Shown one piece after another: positions 63,601-64,000 of a stretch of DNA of 64,000 nucleotides; positions within the stretch are counted from its first letter, which is position 1; each line of letters starts with the position of its first letter. The DNA is from Phoronis australis (Eukaryota > Animalia > Phoronida). Where the stretch lies: the NCBI GenBank assembly GCA_002633005.1, contig NMRA01000128.1:88051-152050 (forward strand), written 5' to 3'. The notes under the pieces were generated by a model, which had not been told where the DNA came from, did no database searches, and saw only the letters and a program-made list of their open reading frames with translations. The position numbers and the translations under genes are program-made.

Positions 63601-64000
63601 CACAGATCTCTTTGATGTTTTGTAAATTTGTTGATGATATCCTAAGGTTGAAAAGAATTGGTTTATCCATTGCTGAGAAATTACTAGTAAAAAATGGCTC
63701 ACTTTTTGGGACACCTGATAATCCTGATATAGCGATTTTTACATGCCAATACAGTACAGTGAGTCTACACATTCACAAAAAAACAATAATGGGTAGACAA
63801 TTGGTGAAGGTTACAATTGGGGGTAGATTTTAACCACGTAAATTATTTGAGAGCCTAGAAATGTAGATCCTCACTGCCACACCCCCACGGCAAGTCAAGG
63901 AGCCCCACCCCGGGGTTAAAGCAGAGCATGCTCACAGTAGAAAAAAATATTTATGATGCTCATGACAGACAGTTATCGTGCTGATTAAGGCCAGTAATCT

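Larger units (their letters stand above)
62145..63718 (+). mobile_element. Tc1/mariner element, degenerate but with both ends
   Basis: TIRs tcaggtgtccca.aaaagtgagccatttttt / aaaaatggctcactttttgggacacctga. TA at 62143-62144 and 63719-63720. Confidence 0.92.

Noticed and set aside
62420-63833. Several ORFs of 70-130 aa in the supplied track
   Set aside because: They are antisense or off-frame shadows of the Tc1 fossil and the GC-rich MITE.

Overview
AT-rich, repeat-dense animal genomic DNA, most likely a highly heterozygous marine invertebrate (inference); it is not prokaryotic, and almost all ORFs in the supplied track are spurious. The one well-supported host gene is a phospholipase C-beta (PLCB1-3/Plc21C type) on the minus strand. 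Four internal exons (16895-16972, 6873-6941, 1485-1625, 809-942) splice in frame and encode the PH domain and the start of the EF-hand region; the canonical first exon and the later exons were not found in the window. The rest is intronic and filled with DNA transposons: a degenerate AcademX element, a Tc1/mariner (probably DD37D-type) fossil, Harbinger-, EnSpm- and pogo-type MITEs, Helentron-associated (HINE/DINE-like) elements, and hAT-like elements with 5-bp target duplications. Seven single-N joins (18304, 21655, 23186, 24906, 27303, 41206, 57289) mark contig junctions. Several duplicate allelic sequence, and TSD logic indicates that the neuroglobin-like last exon at 18806-18937 was probably scaffolded here from another locus. 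The most notable observations are a HINE carrying 11 co-oriented CTCF-like motifs at about 150-bp spacing, a family of tiny composite MITEs with 5-bp TSDs, and a filled/empty MITE insertion polymorphism visible directly. I found no convincing new protein-coding system.
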